Assembly (NCBI GenBank): GCA_030141605.1
Contig: JAQGDQ010000449.1
Span: 128,255 to 192,254, forward strand
Direction of reading: 5' to 3'
Length of the DNA: 64,000 nt
DNA from: Tubiluchus corallicola
Taxonomy: Eukaryota > Animalia > Priapulida
The translations under genes and the position numbers were made by a program. The notes beneath the pieces are model-generated. The model was not told the DNA's origin. It searched no databases and was given only the letters and a program-made list of their open reading frames with translations. This document shows, in pieces, positions 49,397-62,885 of this stretch. The first letter of the stretch is position 1. Every line of letters begins with the position of its first letter.

Positions 49397-50743
49397 ATGT
49401 TTGACGATTGTTTGAGTGAATATGAAAAGAACAGGCTGAAAAGCATTGCGGAAAACAGAAAAATACTATCGGATTTAGGACTTCTAAATCCTGTAAGCTC
49501 ATTAAATTTTGATGTTTAATTTGTAGCTAAAATAAATTTATCCATGACAGCGCTTGTGCTCTTTAACTTGTTGGAATGTCTAATTAGTTGGCAGAAGGTT
49601 GTTGAGCAGGACTTGATGTTGACGTAACTTAGTATGATCTACAAAAAGCATTCGACCAGGTCCCTCATCCTGAACGTTTGTATTTGTGGTCACAGTTAAT
49701 TCAAGTTAATTAGTAGATTACCACAAGGGAATGTATACATATTAGGACTGCATTGTTTTTCATATTGTACATTAATGGCCTTCCTGACAATGTGAATTCA
49801 ATGGTTAAAAGTTTGCTGATGATACTGAAATACATGTCGCATCCTACAATGACCATTTTACACTATAGAATGAAGTCACAACTTTGAATTCTTGGTCACG
49901 TAATCGACTTATGCTATTCAACAGCAACAAATGCAAGGTTCTCTATATAGGTAAAAACTCCAACAATGTTCAATACACCATGCTTGACAATAGTGGTCCA
50001 TCTGGCTTATTTCTACTACAAAAGGATCGTGCTGTCTACATTGATAACTCACAGCCTTTCAACAAATGTACCGGTGAAGTCTGAAATGCAGCTCGGAAAC
50101 GTCTGTGGTCTGTTTGTAGGGCATTCACTTACTTAGACTGTAACATGTTTTTTAGCCTTTTCAAAACCTTTGTTTGCCTAGTAATGGATTATGGAGGCGT
50201 AATTTGGTATCCAGCTTAGACCGTATGAGAAAGGCTGAAACAATCTAGACACAAGCAACCAAGCTGGCACAGCATTGCATGAACTATCATTCTCCAAACG
50301 TATGCAGAGGTTAATACATGGAGACATGTTAATCACATTTCAAATTAAAAAGTCAACTTGAAGAATGTTGGGCAAACCCTTCAGAGAAGTACCATAACAC
50401 CTTTCAACCTGAGTGGACACTACTAGCATTCCAATAATCACCGCATCTACTTTTTAAAACCATCAGATGGTTAGCAGTGAGATTAGAGATTGTACAAAGG
50501 TGGAGAAAACTATAAACAAAAAGCGAAATAGCTTTGCCCATTACATTACAGGTATGGGTAAAATAATTGCAGATTAAGGAACTTGGTTATAGTCTTATTT
50601 GTTATTCGTAAACTATTAATTTAGAGCATCGTTGTGAAAGGAAGCAACATGTCATTTGTAGTAGACTCTAATAGTAGTAGCAATAGTGGTAGTGAGGTAG
50701 TAATGGTAATAATAGTATTAGTACTAGTAGTAGTAGTAGTAGT

Positions 50744-50777
<34 letters not shown>

Positions 50778-53700
50778 AGTAGTAGTAGTAGTAGTAGTAG
50801 TAAATCTAATTTTTAATATTAATATAACTTTGGGGATAAATAGTTCTTCCGCTGTAATTACGACAATTAGATTGTCATTTTATATCTTTGGCAAAATTAC
50901 ATCAACTCGGTAATTACTAATTGTATAACACTTTGTTGCTCCCTTTGTTCATGGCATAACAAACTAACTCAGATCATTAATCACAAGATTTCACACAAAT
51001 ACAACATTCCCTCCCTCCTAGATGTGAACATGCATATAAACTGAAACATAAGAAACTCGTTCTAACATGAAATACATATATTGCAATTTGCAACCCAAAC
51101 ATTTCTCGTAAGGTTTGGATAAACGTTATCATCAAGTAAACATATATAGTGTAAACAGTAAAATTTGAAATTTAGTTAAGATTAAACTGTAATTACTAAC
51201 TAGTATAGGTGTGCACTATATAGGATAGTAAAACAAATCTAACACATCTGCATCATCAAGTAACAGAATTAAATACAAATTGAGCCGTTTTGGAGTAGCA
51301 ATGGTTCTTTTTGACCTTCTCTAATTAGGGTTAGGAGTTTCATTTACAGGAATAACAGTTGATGCTTTAGCAGGTAATACATCTGATGCCACTTGTGTCG
51401 TAAATTTTGTATTTATACTCGTATCCTGATCTCACAGACAATACCTTACACTTTTTGTGATAGATCTGCATTTTTTTAACTGCCCAATTGCAGAGCCCTT
51501 CTAGATCCAACTGGGGATCATTACAGGTAATGGAAAAAAATTTGGGCCAGGTCTTGCTATCATCAAAAGAAAGACAAGAAGAATTAATCGCTCTGCTAAG
51601 CAAATCATTTATGAATACAACATATAAACACGGACACAATACTGTATTTTCAGGCAACCCACTAGCGATCAAGAACTCCGTCAACTAATAGCCAACAACA
51701 CACTTGCTTTGTCCTTTTTTTCTAGGAAGTTAAGTATCCGTTCGTAAAACTGAACCTGTTATGCCATAGTTTTTAAGCTACGTAAACAAATAGTGATGTT
51801 TGAGGTACAGCATCAAACACCTTTTTCGGTTCAGCAATATTATATCAACAGGCTTGTTTACATTTTTCAACTCAAACCATGCAACTGCATTGCATTATAA
51901 CTTTATAACTGTTGGATAACCATTGTTTCCCTGTAACAAACCTATGTCGTTTTTCACAGGTAAGGAAAATTTAATTATATCTTATTATTAATGGTTCATT
52001 ATAAAATTATGCTTTCGTATGATTTTTTTCCATCACCTTGTCAATCGTATTTAACAATTTAAGTAGCCTGTAGTTTGACGGATCCGACTTATTGCCCTTT
52101 TTATGGATTGGAGTAACTTAGACCACTTTCTAATATCCACGTAACGGAAAATTAGTAGTACTTATATCAGGGTATTGTTATTACACTGTAGTTATTTCGT
52201 AGTCAGAAACTTGGGACTAGCAAGTTTTCTAGCCAAATTAACTCACTAACTCACAGAAGTGTTCAGACTAAATAACAAAACTAGTGTGAGCTACTTTCTA
52301 ACAGCAAGTGCAAGCTGACACTCAATTCTCTATTCACTGCAAAAAACTTGCCAAGTATCTCAGCTAGGCATTCACACTAGACAGTAACTCACAGGAAATG
52401 AATACACAGCAGCTTCCGGAGAGTTTGCAACATTGCAGGCTTGCGACTTGCTAGTTTGCTGTCAGAGAGAAAACTTGTGACAGAAAATTTGCTAGTCTGG
52501 ATGCACTGTTAAATTCAAATATGAATTATATGCAAACCAACCAAATTCCTGCTATGTTCTTTATTTAAGCCAGTAGAACTTGGTCAAAGAGGGTGTATTG
52601 TATAGTAAATGAGTAATTGCAGCTTTTTAACTTAAGTCCAGCCTTTGAAGGTTATGGTTTGCTAACTATTATTGATTTTATTATATTTCAGTACAAGCCA
52701 TTCCGTGTGATAAAAAATACTCCTAAGCGAAAACCCGCTCTTGTTTCAAGACCCTCTAAAAAAATTATTGTAGCTGAAGAAACTATTTCTGCTTCTTATC
52801 CAGAATGTCGTGTCACTAGGAGATCTGCTCGTTTGCGTGGGCAGGTAACTTGAAATTATAAGACATACTGCGCGTCACAGTTACTGATTTAGTATCACAT
52901 GTATAAACTTACATAGTGTATGTACAGTAGGCAAACTATCACTGTCTAATTTTACGTAGCTATAATTGTTGTAGGTGTGTTGTATAATTTGTCTACTATA
53001 ATTTGTACTCTTGTTGTAGGTGTTATAACATTTAAACTTTCTTGTTTTAGAAATCGTTCAAGTTTACAAATAAAAGTTTTGTTCAGTGCTTAGTGTATGA
53101 TTTTCCAAACATTAGTTTAACAAATATTTACATGATACAAAGGCTTTTCAAGGTGTCTTTTTTCCTAACACTGGTTATATAGCCTTAGGTATTTCTTACT
53201 CGTAGCAAATGAAAGTGTCAGTAATTGTAGCAATTTTAGGCTTATCAGTTAGAGTGACGTAATTTGGCTTAAATGTTTAAATCTTAATGTTCAGTGTTCA
53301 AAGCTCTTGAGGTTGCTAAAGTTAAAAATTGTTCACAAAGCAGTGTGATGCTGACGTTCTTAGTAATGATGTAGAATTTCTTAACCTGTTACACTAACAA
53401 TGGCATCTAATTAATCAACCACTTGCTGTTTTTCTGTCAAACGCATGCATTTTCTCATTACAGTAAAAGCAGAATATTAATTGATTGCTTACAAGCGCGA
53501 CATTGCAATGTTACACTTATGGATTTTTGTTTAACTAAGAATTGCTACAATTTATATTTTCAAAGGAAGCAAAAACTGGTGTTGAACTGCAAAGCGAGAT
53601 TGACAGAGAGTTGGAGGAATATGATGATGCTAAAATTCCACAACAACCAAAGTTTAAAGAAAATGTTTTTGGCAATGTTCCAGGTATGTATGGTTATACT

Positions 53701-56700
53701 AATCTAGACTGTTAAGTGATCTTTCTAAAATGATAACTGGCTGAGCTTTTTGATAAGAAATCATTTTAATACTATTTAAATAAGTTTTATAACCAACATA
53801 TTTTATCTAAACAAAAGAATGAGACAAAAATACTCATAATCTACAATTTGTGAACAACTAGCACATGTAGCCACTGGCTCGTTTTATTAGGTGTCCATGC
53901 ACTGTACAATAATTATTAAGTAAAGAAATTCTCCCTTTTGCTACTGACATTACTTATTAGTGCAGCATACAATTTACCTCTTTATGGGAGTGTTTTGTAC
54001 TGTAACATTTGTAAGATACCTAGCACTTTTCCAGACTGGTTTTAGAATTGATCAGGAAATCTTAAAGTTTTCAGGAAAGTAATCCTGTTCCCAAATGATA
54101 TAAATAATACTAAACTAAGAATTATAAACATCTATTTTAATATTTTTGTTTATCCAAAGTATAAATGGAAAATACCAGTTGTTAATTATTTGTTTAGGAG
54201 TACAGGTAGGCACAGTATGGCAGACAAGGCAAGAAGCCTCCTGGGTTGGTGTCCATCGTCCTTGGGTTGCTGGTATTCATGGTGGACTAGAAGGTTGTTA
54301 TTCTTTGGCACTTTCTGGTGGCTATGAAGATGATATTGATCTAGGAGATTGTTTCACATATACCGGTGAAGGCGGACGAGATCTAAAAGGAACAAAAGCA
54401 AACCCAAAGGTATCATGTTAAAAATATTCTGTTGTAAAGTGATTTCTGTATCAGAACGCAAAAAATAGTTATTCGCAGTATGATCAATCCTTGTTGTGAC
54501 ACCCTTTTATAATGCCAACCTCACTTAACGCCCATATTTTTGAAAGAACAAAATGTCTGTATTCGCGTAGAATGTATTAACGGTGCATAAGTGCACGTAT
54601 TAATGCACCTCATTAAAATGCAAAGATCACTTAACACTAACTTTTTTCCTGTTCCAAAGTAGGCATTTTAAAGTTCTAAGTTTGACTGTATTTGGGTGGA
54701 TAAGCGTCCTAGCAGTCACTGAAGAGACAAATTGAAGACTTTAACAATCTACAACAATCTTGTTTTTACTTTTTAGTGCATAATTGATAATGTTAATAGT
54801 TAAATAAATCAAGACAGAAAAAATTCTTCTGATGTTGCTGCAGTGCATTTATTATCATTATGAACAGGTAACAGATAAGCTTGCAAGAACGTATTGTTTT
54901 AAGCGTGCTACTAGAAACCACTTTTGTCTTAAAGTACATTTTCATTGTAATGCTTTAATAATATACCCTTTGTATTACAAATATTGTAGATGAATAGCAC
55001 TGTTTGCTCAAATAAATTGACTTTTTCTTGATTCTCATACATGTGAGTATTACTGATGCTGCCGTTCATTCATTGCAGATTCGAATTAAATGCTAATCAT
55101 TACCTGAATTTTGCAGAATCTAAGAACTGCTCCACAATCCAAAGATCAAGTACTAAGTCGGGGCAACTTTGCCTTAAAGCAGAGTGTGGCGTCTCAATTG
55201 CCTGTTCGGGTTATTCGTGGCTATAAGTTGCGCAGTCCATTTGCACCTAATGAAGGCTACAGATATGATGGTTAGTATATTATTTATCAAGCTGATCTAG
55301 CTGGTTGCACACATTGGGAAGTAATGACTCAAATAATAAGCAGCTTATCAAATATAAAAGATAATTGCATCGCAGACAAACAATACATACTTTACGCTAG
55401 TTACTTTTATCATACGAATGCTAATAAATTATTGCACTTTAGTTAAAAACTTTTTGCAAGCGGTTTACTGAGTAATAAGAGAATTGGCTTCTGTGTGTTA
55501 AGAGAACACATTACTTAGTAGATCTCTTCAGTTTACAAATCCAGATACTTAAGAAATCCATTTAGCTTTGCATCAAGGTAGATTTATTAAGTGGCACATA
55601 CTGTGTTATGCAAACGCTCCATATAATTTAACATCTCAGCGATTTTACCCGATACTTATGTAGTCATTTTTGAAATGTCCACATACTTGGCCAATACCAT
55701 TGATGCTCTGCCTATGCGTTCTGAGGATAAACAACCCTATTTGCAAAAACCGATTCGCTAAGCTATAGTATAACTATTCTTTGCTCACCAGTAGGTTGAT
55801 GTTCATCTTCGTTACAATCTAACTTCATTATTGCTGAAACAGATGCATTATAACAACTGAACAAAAAATTAAATCTCCCACTTCTATAAAGTATGCTCGT
55901 TCATCCCTGTATCTCATATTGGTCATATTTGTTACATGGAGCCTTTCTCTGTAGTGCTTGTCTGAAAAAAACATGTATCCATTTGGTTATTCTAAGTAAA
56001 ACATTTTTAATCTTGTGCATGTCACCCAAGGATCTTGGACCAAGTACATTACTTATTATATTGATGATAAATCTTTAGTGGAATGCTGGATTACTATTGA
56101 CATAAGAAAAGTCTCCCTGATTCTTTTACTTCCATGACTTCCATGACGCCCTAATGCCTATGCTAGTACCACGGTGATGTAAATATCTACAATGCCTGTG
56201 CATTTACTATAGTGCCACTCGAACGTGCTAGCTAGTGACCCATAATACATTCAACAGGGACTATATGTCAGACAAATGATATAATGATAGACATAATAAA
56301 GTGCAACTTTAATTGAAACCAAAACAAAGTTTTTCCTCTGCGTTCAAAATCCTGTAATTTCATTAAATTTAGCTCTGAAAACTTCATTGTATTACCTCAC
56401 ATCAATCTCGTAAATGCATGTAATGTCGTCATGCCATTGTTCTTACTGAGGCTAAATCAAGGCAGTCAACAATGCCTACCAAGAAACATGTTAAGCACAT
56501 GGCAGCACCATCGAGTAACATATTGCGATGATGCCAGTACCAGCTAAATTGATGTGTACTAGGTGACACTTTAACAAGTTTCTTGCTGTTATTCTACTTG
56601 ACAGACATCTGACATCACTTTTTTTATTGTCGTGATCACAAGTACATTTTTTGTTTAAACATTTATTATACTAAACATGGATAAGTACAGTTTCCTTTAT

Positions 56701-57236
56701 ATGTGATCAACTTCTTTATTATAGGATTATATACAGTTGAGAAATGGTGGCAGGCAACTGGTTTATCTGGGTACACAGTATTCAAATTCGCTTTACGCCG
56801 ATGTGACAGTCAGGCTCCTCCACCCTGGGTTATTCAAATAGATGAGGTAAAGATTAAATGCCTTTGGTGATGAAAACTATGACGTTGGTCTATACTTACA
56901 ATTAATTTGTTAGGATCCAATGTTCAAGATGTTCAAGATCCACTGCAACTGCTGTTTATTAGTCAGTCATTATTATTATAGTGACTTTATAATTATGCAG
57001 AAGATTATTCTTTTAAATGGAGTATGTCATTTGAAAAGTATTGCATTTGGTCGACTGACCTAGTTATTGCGTTAAAAACAATTATAAACGTCTATTTTCA
57101 GACCAACAGTGCTCAAAATGGAACTAAGGATGGTAATATCTCACCATTACCCAATAGTCAGGATTCAGGTTATGATTCTGACAGTCATGCAACGAGTGCA
57201 GAAGAAACTGCATCTGACAACCAAAGCTGTGCCTGA
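49397..57236 (+). CDS. Stand-alone SRA/YDG-domain (UHRF1-like) methyl-DNA-binding protein (7 exons, ~329 aa)
   Basis: Exons 49397-49492, 52692-52844, 53566-53683, 54198-54409, 55117-55270, 56725-56846 and 57102-57236 splice GT-AG in one frame (990 nt). SRA motifs: [83 protein letters not shown]. No UBL, TTD, PHD, RING or SET domain is seen. Confidence 0.9.
49560..50480 (+). mobile_element. Degenerate CR1-clade LINE fragment in SRA gene intron 1
   Basis: Broken motifs [38 protein letters not shown]. Confidence 0.85.
50670..50802. repeat. (TAG)n microsatellite
   Basis: Direct observation. Confidence 0.9.
51170..52140 (-). mobile_element. Degenerate CR1-clade LINE RT fragment, antisense
   Basis: Minus-strand pieces read [51 protein letters not shown] and KKCKVL. 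Confidence 0.85.
52258..52505. mobile_element. MITE (Harbinger-like ends)
   Basis: Inverted ends gtgttcagacta / tagtctggatgc. A related copy lies at 45540-45775. Confidence 0.5.
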
Positions 57237-58514
57237 TAACCAAAGCAAATGTTCTGTAGGAGACAATGGAACAAATCTGGTACATGTACAAGGCTTCATT
57301 AGCAAATGTAAAATAATTGATTATTTTTCACCTAATCGTATAGCCAGACTATTTGTTAGGTGTGTTCCAGTTGCTACTGATCACGACTATATTTATACTG
57401 ACTGATATTATGAGAAGATAAAATATGCCACGACTGCAATTTTCTTTACTTTTTTGACTGACAGCAGTTACACTGGTAAAAGTTTTTGAAGCATACCTGC
57501 AGCTAGCTTACTCAAACAGTGCTTCTTTTGGGTATTGCGTGACAGCGAGAAAAATACTGCTTTCGATGGCCTTGTACAAATGTGCATTGTTCTATAAAAT
57601 TGTTATGCAAATTTCTTATCGAATTGTTACTAAGCCAGTTAATTTACTGAAAAAGGCAAGTTTTCATGCCATGCTGTGTTTTGTCGCATTGGTAAATACC
57701 CAGAAAACCCAAGAAACAAAAACTTTCTGACTAAAAATATCGGTATCACAAAATATAGAATAGATGAGCTTTCTTCAATGCAATGTTGCTATTCTATAGA
57801 TTTGTCACTGTATATGGTGACACCTTATCCAGCAATATTTTCGTATTAATTTTATGTACAGTAAAACAACTAGTTGGAATGATGCTTTGCACCAGTATGT
57901 TAATTACAAAAACATGAAAGTAACGCTTTTATATCTGAAAAAGATGCACACGTGGGAAAATACTTTTATACTTTTGCTTAATTTTTGTTCGCAGCCTATT
58001 TCTGTAAATAATGCGCCAAATGATTCGGAACTGATTGCAAGATGACAGTTTGATTATCAAGCTAAGGTACAGTATTCCCTAGTGTACTTTGATTATGGTG
58101 AGCAGAGAAAATGTTGCTGTTTTTTGTATGTAACTAATTATGTATTTGGTAATTGCATTTTATCCATTTGGAAAATTCTGGAATTTTGTGTATATTACTA
58201 TTTAATTGGTTGGAAAACTGAAGGACATTGAATTGAGATATCTATCGTGTGAATAATGAAGATAAGGCAATACCCTGCATAGAATGGCCACTTTTCCAGT
58301 TTTATTTTACAACAATTATGATTTTTTTTAATTCAAATTAAAAATTTTCTTTAAACAATAATTTTCCAAAAATACTAATTGTGTATACAAATAAAAAACT
58401 GTAGTAATCATTTTGCTTTTGCAGTCAAACATCGAAAGAATCAAACATAGAAAGAAATTAAATTTTAACAGTTGCCGATTTCACTTTAAATTCACTTAAA
58501 TCTAGAAGCGAACG

Positions 58515-58587
58515 TTTTGCTACTGTTAAATGTTTACATATATGCCATAGCTTTGCTACTGGTAAATGTTTACAAATATGCCATAGC
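58515..58587. repeat. Tandem duplication of about 36 bp, two copies
   Basis: tttgctactg(t/g)taaatgtttaca(t/a)atatgccatagc occurs twice in tandem. Confidence 0.8.
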
Positions 58588-59307
58588 ATTTAATTTTTCA
58601 GAAATACATGGATTTCAAGGTCAGTGGTTTGCGAAAATGACATTTTGCTCTTGTACCAGCTTGACTACAAAATCTAAAACAAATTAGTCATTTATTTTTT
58701 AAGACGATTTTATTATTCTGCTGATACATAGAAAATTGTTACAGTGATGCTTATTATGTAAAATGAATTTCTTATGTGCAATGCTGGGTTTTGCTGATGC
58801 TGCAGCCGCCAGGACCAACTTCTAATTTACAAATAATGTTACTAGTGTTTTTTTAAGTAGTACTCGAGTTAAGTTTTATTGCAAGTTGGTTTTATTGAAA
58901 ATATTTCCAGGTTAAACTGTTCTATATGTCAAACGAATGTAAAATCATTTAATTATGTACTGCATTCTTGTATTGCCATAATTGTGTTCATTCATTAAAT
59001 TTTTTGATAATATACTTTTAATAATTGAGCAAATATTTGCTGAATGTTGCAAGTTTTTTTAAGTCGCATCCATAATTTTACTAAGATTCATTAGTTTAAC
59101 AAATTAATCACCATTTTTATGAAATGGCACACAAGAAGTTTTCTAGTATTTAGTAAAATATATTGCTAATATAAATTCATAATTGCAAATTATACTGCAG
59201 AGTATTTCTTTTCACTCTGAGCAAATAATTGACATTTTGTAGCTCTCAGTCTTTAGTTTTTTATACAGTATAATTCACTGAATGCAGTTAGTTTTCAATT
59301 TGTCTTT

Positions 59308-61017
59308 TTATAGATTTGACTTTGTTAACCAAGAAAACTCTTGTGCCTTACGCTGGGCTGTTTCACTAATCATGACATTGATAAATGAAGGTGTTGTTCG
59401 GTTAGAGAACGCTTTTCCTAGTGCTTCATGTAGCTCTTTGTGGGTCTTCACAAAAAATGCTTGCCCTCCAAAAGCTTTCAAGATTTTCTCATAGTGTGCT
59501 TCAGGCATTAATGAAGTTGGAGAGAGTGACAAGGTTGGATCGTCATTCATTGCTTCTTCATAATCATCTTTGCTTTGCCCAAAAAAGATGCCATTGTTAT
59601 TGATTACAATGAATATAATGGGTAGCTTGTATCTGCATACTGTTTCCATTTCCATTCCAGAGAACCCAATGGCACTATCTCCTTCTATGCAGACAATGCG
59701 ATTTTGTGGATACAAGTCTTTACATACTAATGCTGCTGCTATGGCAAATCCAGGCCCAACACCCATTGTACCAAAAGTACCCGCATCTAATCTATGCCGT
59801 GGATAGTGATTGGGAATCATTGCTCGACCTATATCCATTGTGTTCGCACCTTCACTAACAACAATGCAGTTTTTGTGTATGAATGGCTTAATACTGTAAA
59901 AGGCAGTATAATAGTTCATGGGAACAGAATTCTGGTCAACCATGGACTGTGTTATGCTTTTGTTTTGCTGTACTTTATCATGAAGAAATTTCCACCAGGG
60001 TGAATTTGAATCAAAATGCCAAATGGATTTATCAAGCTCTTCATTTAGTTGTGTGATCACTGCATCAACATCACCTAATAGAAAAATTGCTGGCCTGACA
60101 TTGTTACCAAACTCTTCTGGGCAAATGTCAATTTGTATAAATTTAACGTTTGGACTGAATCTCGGCGGAACTCCAAAATGTAATATCCAGTTTAGTCTAG
60201 CTCCTAGTAGGAATATCACATCAGCTTCTTGTAAAGCTTTGGATCTAGCTGGAGCAACACAGAGTGAATTGTCATCAGACACAACACCTTTTCCCATTGG
60301 GGTTGGCAGAAATGGCAAGCCAGTTTTTGCTATAAAAGTTTGAATGCTGTTCTCAGCTCGACTCCATGCAGCACCTTTTCCAATAATCACAAGAGGTCTC
60401 TGTGCATTTTTAAGTAACTCCAAAGACTGATAAACTGATTCAGGATTAGCCAAAGAACGTGGAGGAAGGGGGGCTTCATCTCTGTGCACCACCTCAGCTT
60501 CTTTAACTACACTAGTTATGAAGTTACCAGGAATGTCAATATAACATGCCCCAGGACGCCCATATAAAGAATATCGCACTGCCTTTTCAATGAAAAATGG
60601 AATTCGAGCAATGGTATCAGGTCTTGCCGAATATTTACTATACAACCTAGTGGCCTCAACCTGTGGAAATTCTTGAAATGCTCCACAACTCTCTTGATTT
60701 TGATCTGAAGAACCTCCAATTACCAATAGGGGCCAACAGTTTTCATTGGCATTTGCCATTCCTCCCAGAGCATGAATTAAACCAGGACCAGACACAACAA
60801 GGCACACTGCTGGTCTTCTAGTCAAGTATCCAACAACAGAGGCCGCATACGCAGCAGCTTGTTCATTTCGCATGCCAATATATTTAATACCAGCTGCTTG
60901 TGCTGCTATAGCTAGTTCTATCACTGGCACACCCACCACTCCAAACATGTATTGCACTCTCTGCATTTTCAGTGATTGACAAATAACACTCGCACCGTCC
61001 ACTTCTGAAGTTGACAT
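59308..61017 (-). CDS. HACL1: 2-hydroxyacyl-CoA lyase 1 (TPP-dependent, peroxisomal), single-exon CDS of 569 aa
   Basis: Intact ORF with [65 protein letters not shown] and the TPP motif [15 protein letters not shown]...NNNG. It ends [14 protein letters not shown], a PTS1-like terminus. Confidence 0.96.
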   Translation of the reverse strand: MSTSEVDGASVICQSLKMQRVQYMFGVVGVPVIELAIAAQAAGIKYIGMRNEQAAAYAASVVGYLTRRPAVCLVVSGPGLIHALGGMANANENCWPLLVIGGSSDQNQESCGAFQEFPQVEATRLYSKYSARPDTIARIPFFIEKAVRYSLYGRPGACYIDIPGNFITSVVKEAEVVHRDEAPLPPRSLANPESVYQSLELLKNAQRPLVIIGKGAAWSRAENSIQTFIAKTGLPFLPTPMGKGVVSDDNSLCVAPARSKALQEADVIFLLGARLNWILHFGVPPRFSPNVKFIQIDICPEEFGNNVRPAIFLLGDVDAVITQLNEELDKSIWHFDSNSPWWKFLHDKVQQNKSITQSMVDQNSVPMNYYTAFYSIKPFIHKNCIVVSEGANTMDIGRAMIPNHYPRHRLDAGTFGTMGVGPGFAIAAALVCKDLYPQNRIVCIEGDSAIGFSGMEMETVCRYKLPIIFIVINNNGIFFGQSKDDYEEAMNDDPTLSLSPTSLMPEAHYEKILKAFGGQAFFVKTHKELHEALGKAFSNRTTPSFINVMISETAQRKAQEFSWLTKSNL

Positions 61018-62429
61018 TTTGTCAAACTTGCTGAAGAAAAGTTTTAAACGATGTTGATCGCAATGTAAGCAACGAGAGAGAGGCCTAGAGCCGTATGTGA
61101 TGTCAGCTAGATCAAGGTACTGTTTATATTACAGTTTTGTTCCAACAAGTTGCGACTACTTTTTGTTACTGTACCTATATTAGAATCTAAACTGCCTGAA
61201 CCGCGTTATACCGGTTACAGTGCAAAAGTGTAGTCGGCAATTCAGCAGTTACAGATAACATAAAATCAATAATGACAGAAAGTTGCAGTGATGATAGTAG
61301 CCTACTGCGCCATGTGCTGTATATAGCACGAGGGTACAGTGTGCTGATAACGTTTACAGAAAGTAAACAAACATTGTCGATCCGGTGTAGACTAGTAACT
61401 TGGTAAGGCATAGTGTTGGGCGTCATGTACCGCACTCTTTCACTATACCGCAATTCCCCTAATACGCATGCACCAATTTTGCGAGGAACTAATGCGATAT
61501 TATGGGCAGCCCAAATGCCGCATTGGTGATTCTCTTACTTAATTCTACATCAAGAATTACATGAACATATTTTTAAAAATGCTGTGAACGTTTCATTTTA
61601 TAAAAAATGTGTTTGTTCGCTTGAGTTAGCCTCATTTTTAATTAAACGTGAAACTCAATTTTTTAAAATTTTTAGCTTATTAAATATAATTATGTCATAA
61701 AAGCTTAAAACTGTTGTATAAGTAATTAATCACTGAATTGGATATTAACATTGTGCATTGTGCATTATTATGACAATATAGCATAGAACAAAGTCTGTTT
61801 TAGGAAAAACTAACTAACGTTAAAATGATGACAGATATAGCTAGCCCTTGACAATTTATAAGTTATTTTTTTACAATCCTAAATAAACTGAATTTGACTT
61901 TGGCAATGGGTTGTATTAGTATCAACTAAATGTCTAATGTTTTAAAGAGAGGTGTCTACCGCATTAGCCCGCAGTGCACTTTCATTGAACGTATTACAAA
62001 ATAAATTATATGAATTACTGCAAAGAAATAAGAACAAGTACGCCCTAAACCACAATATTAGGCAACTAAAATAGATATTGTATTAAGCCTACAATTACAA
62101 CAGAAATAACTTATTTTTAAAAACTAAGTTTTTGCCATATCACTCATGCACTTGTTGCCTTATGGCAAACATTGCCGTGAAAAATTCAAACAGATATATT
62201 ACTAGCATTAACAAAATAAGCTAAAAAAGATGTAAATGGCTTGAATGTGGTGCAAAGCTAAACTACACAAAAAGTCTATACTGTTATGATTAGGGATTAA
62301 GTGAGTACACTCATAGAAATCCCATGTTTTTCCGCAAAATAATCCATTAAGGATTTAAACTTTACTATGGTAGTAATCTGCCTGCAATCACCATGGCAGG
62401 CAGATTATTCCATTCATTCACAACTCTCA

Positions 62430-62885
62430 CGGAAAATGAGTATTTATGAATGTCAAGGTGTGACCGCTCCATAAAACACTTTTTAACTATGTCCCCTAGT
62501 TTTAGAATCAGCAACTAAATTAAAGCATTCTCCTGCCAAAATGTTTTCTTTTCTAGTTCATATTTTATAAACTTTAATAAAATCTCCACAGTGTCTTCTT
62601 AATTCAAGTGTGGGCAAACTGCAATAATTCAATCTTTCTAAATATGTCAGATTTCTACAACTGAATATTATTCTTGTAGCACGCCTCTGCACACCTTCCA
62701 TAAGTAATTATATCTTTCTGATATTGGGGGATTCCAAAGCTGCGCACAGTATTCTAGATAGGTCTAACCAAACCAATCTATAATTTCAATATGTCTTTAT
62801 TTCTAGAAAGGATGTGCCGCTTTATCGTCCCCAGGATTTGTTTGCCTTCTTAACAGCGGATACACATTGCTGGGAAAATTTACAC
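62430..62885 (-). mobile_element. CR1-clade LINE 3' fragment
   Basis: The minus strand reads KKANKSWGR..., LVRPILEYCAQLWNPQY, EGVQRRATRII and RRHCGDFIKVYKI, typical of the CR1 ORF2 C-terminus. Confidence 0.85.

Noticed and set aside
62374-62408. Short inverted repeat aatctgcctgc...gcaggcagatt
   Set aside because: Isolated 11-bp stem next to LINE debris, with no supporting context.
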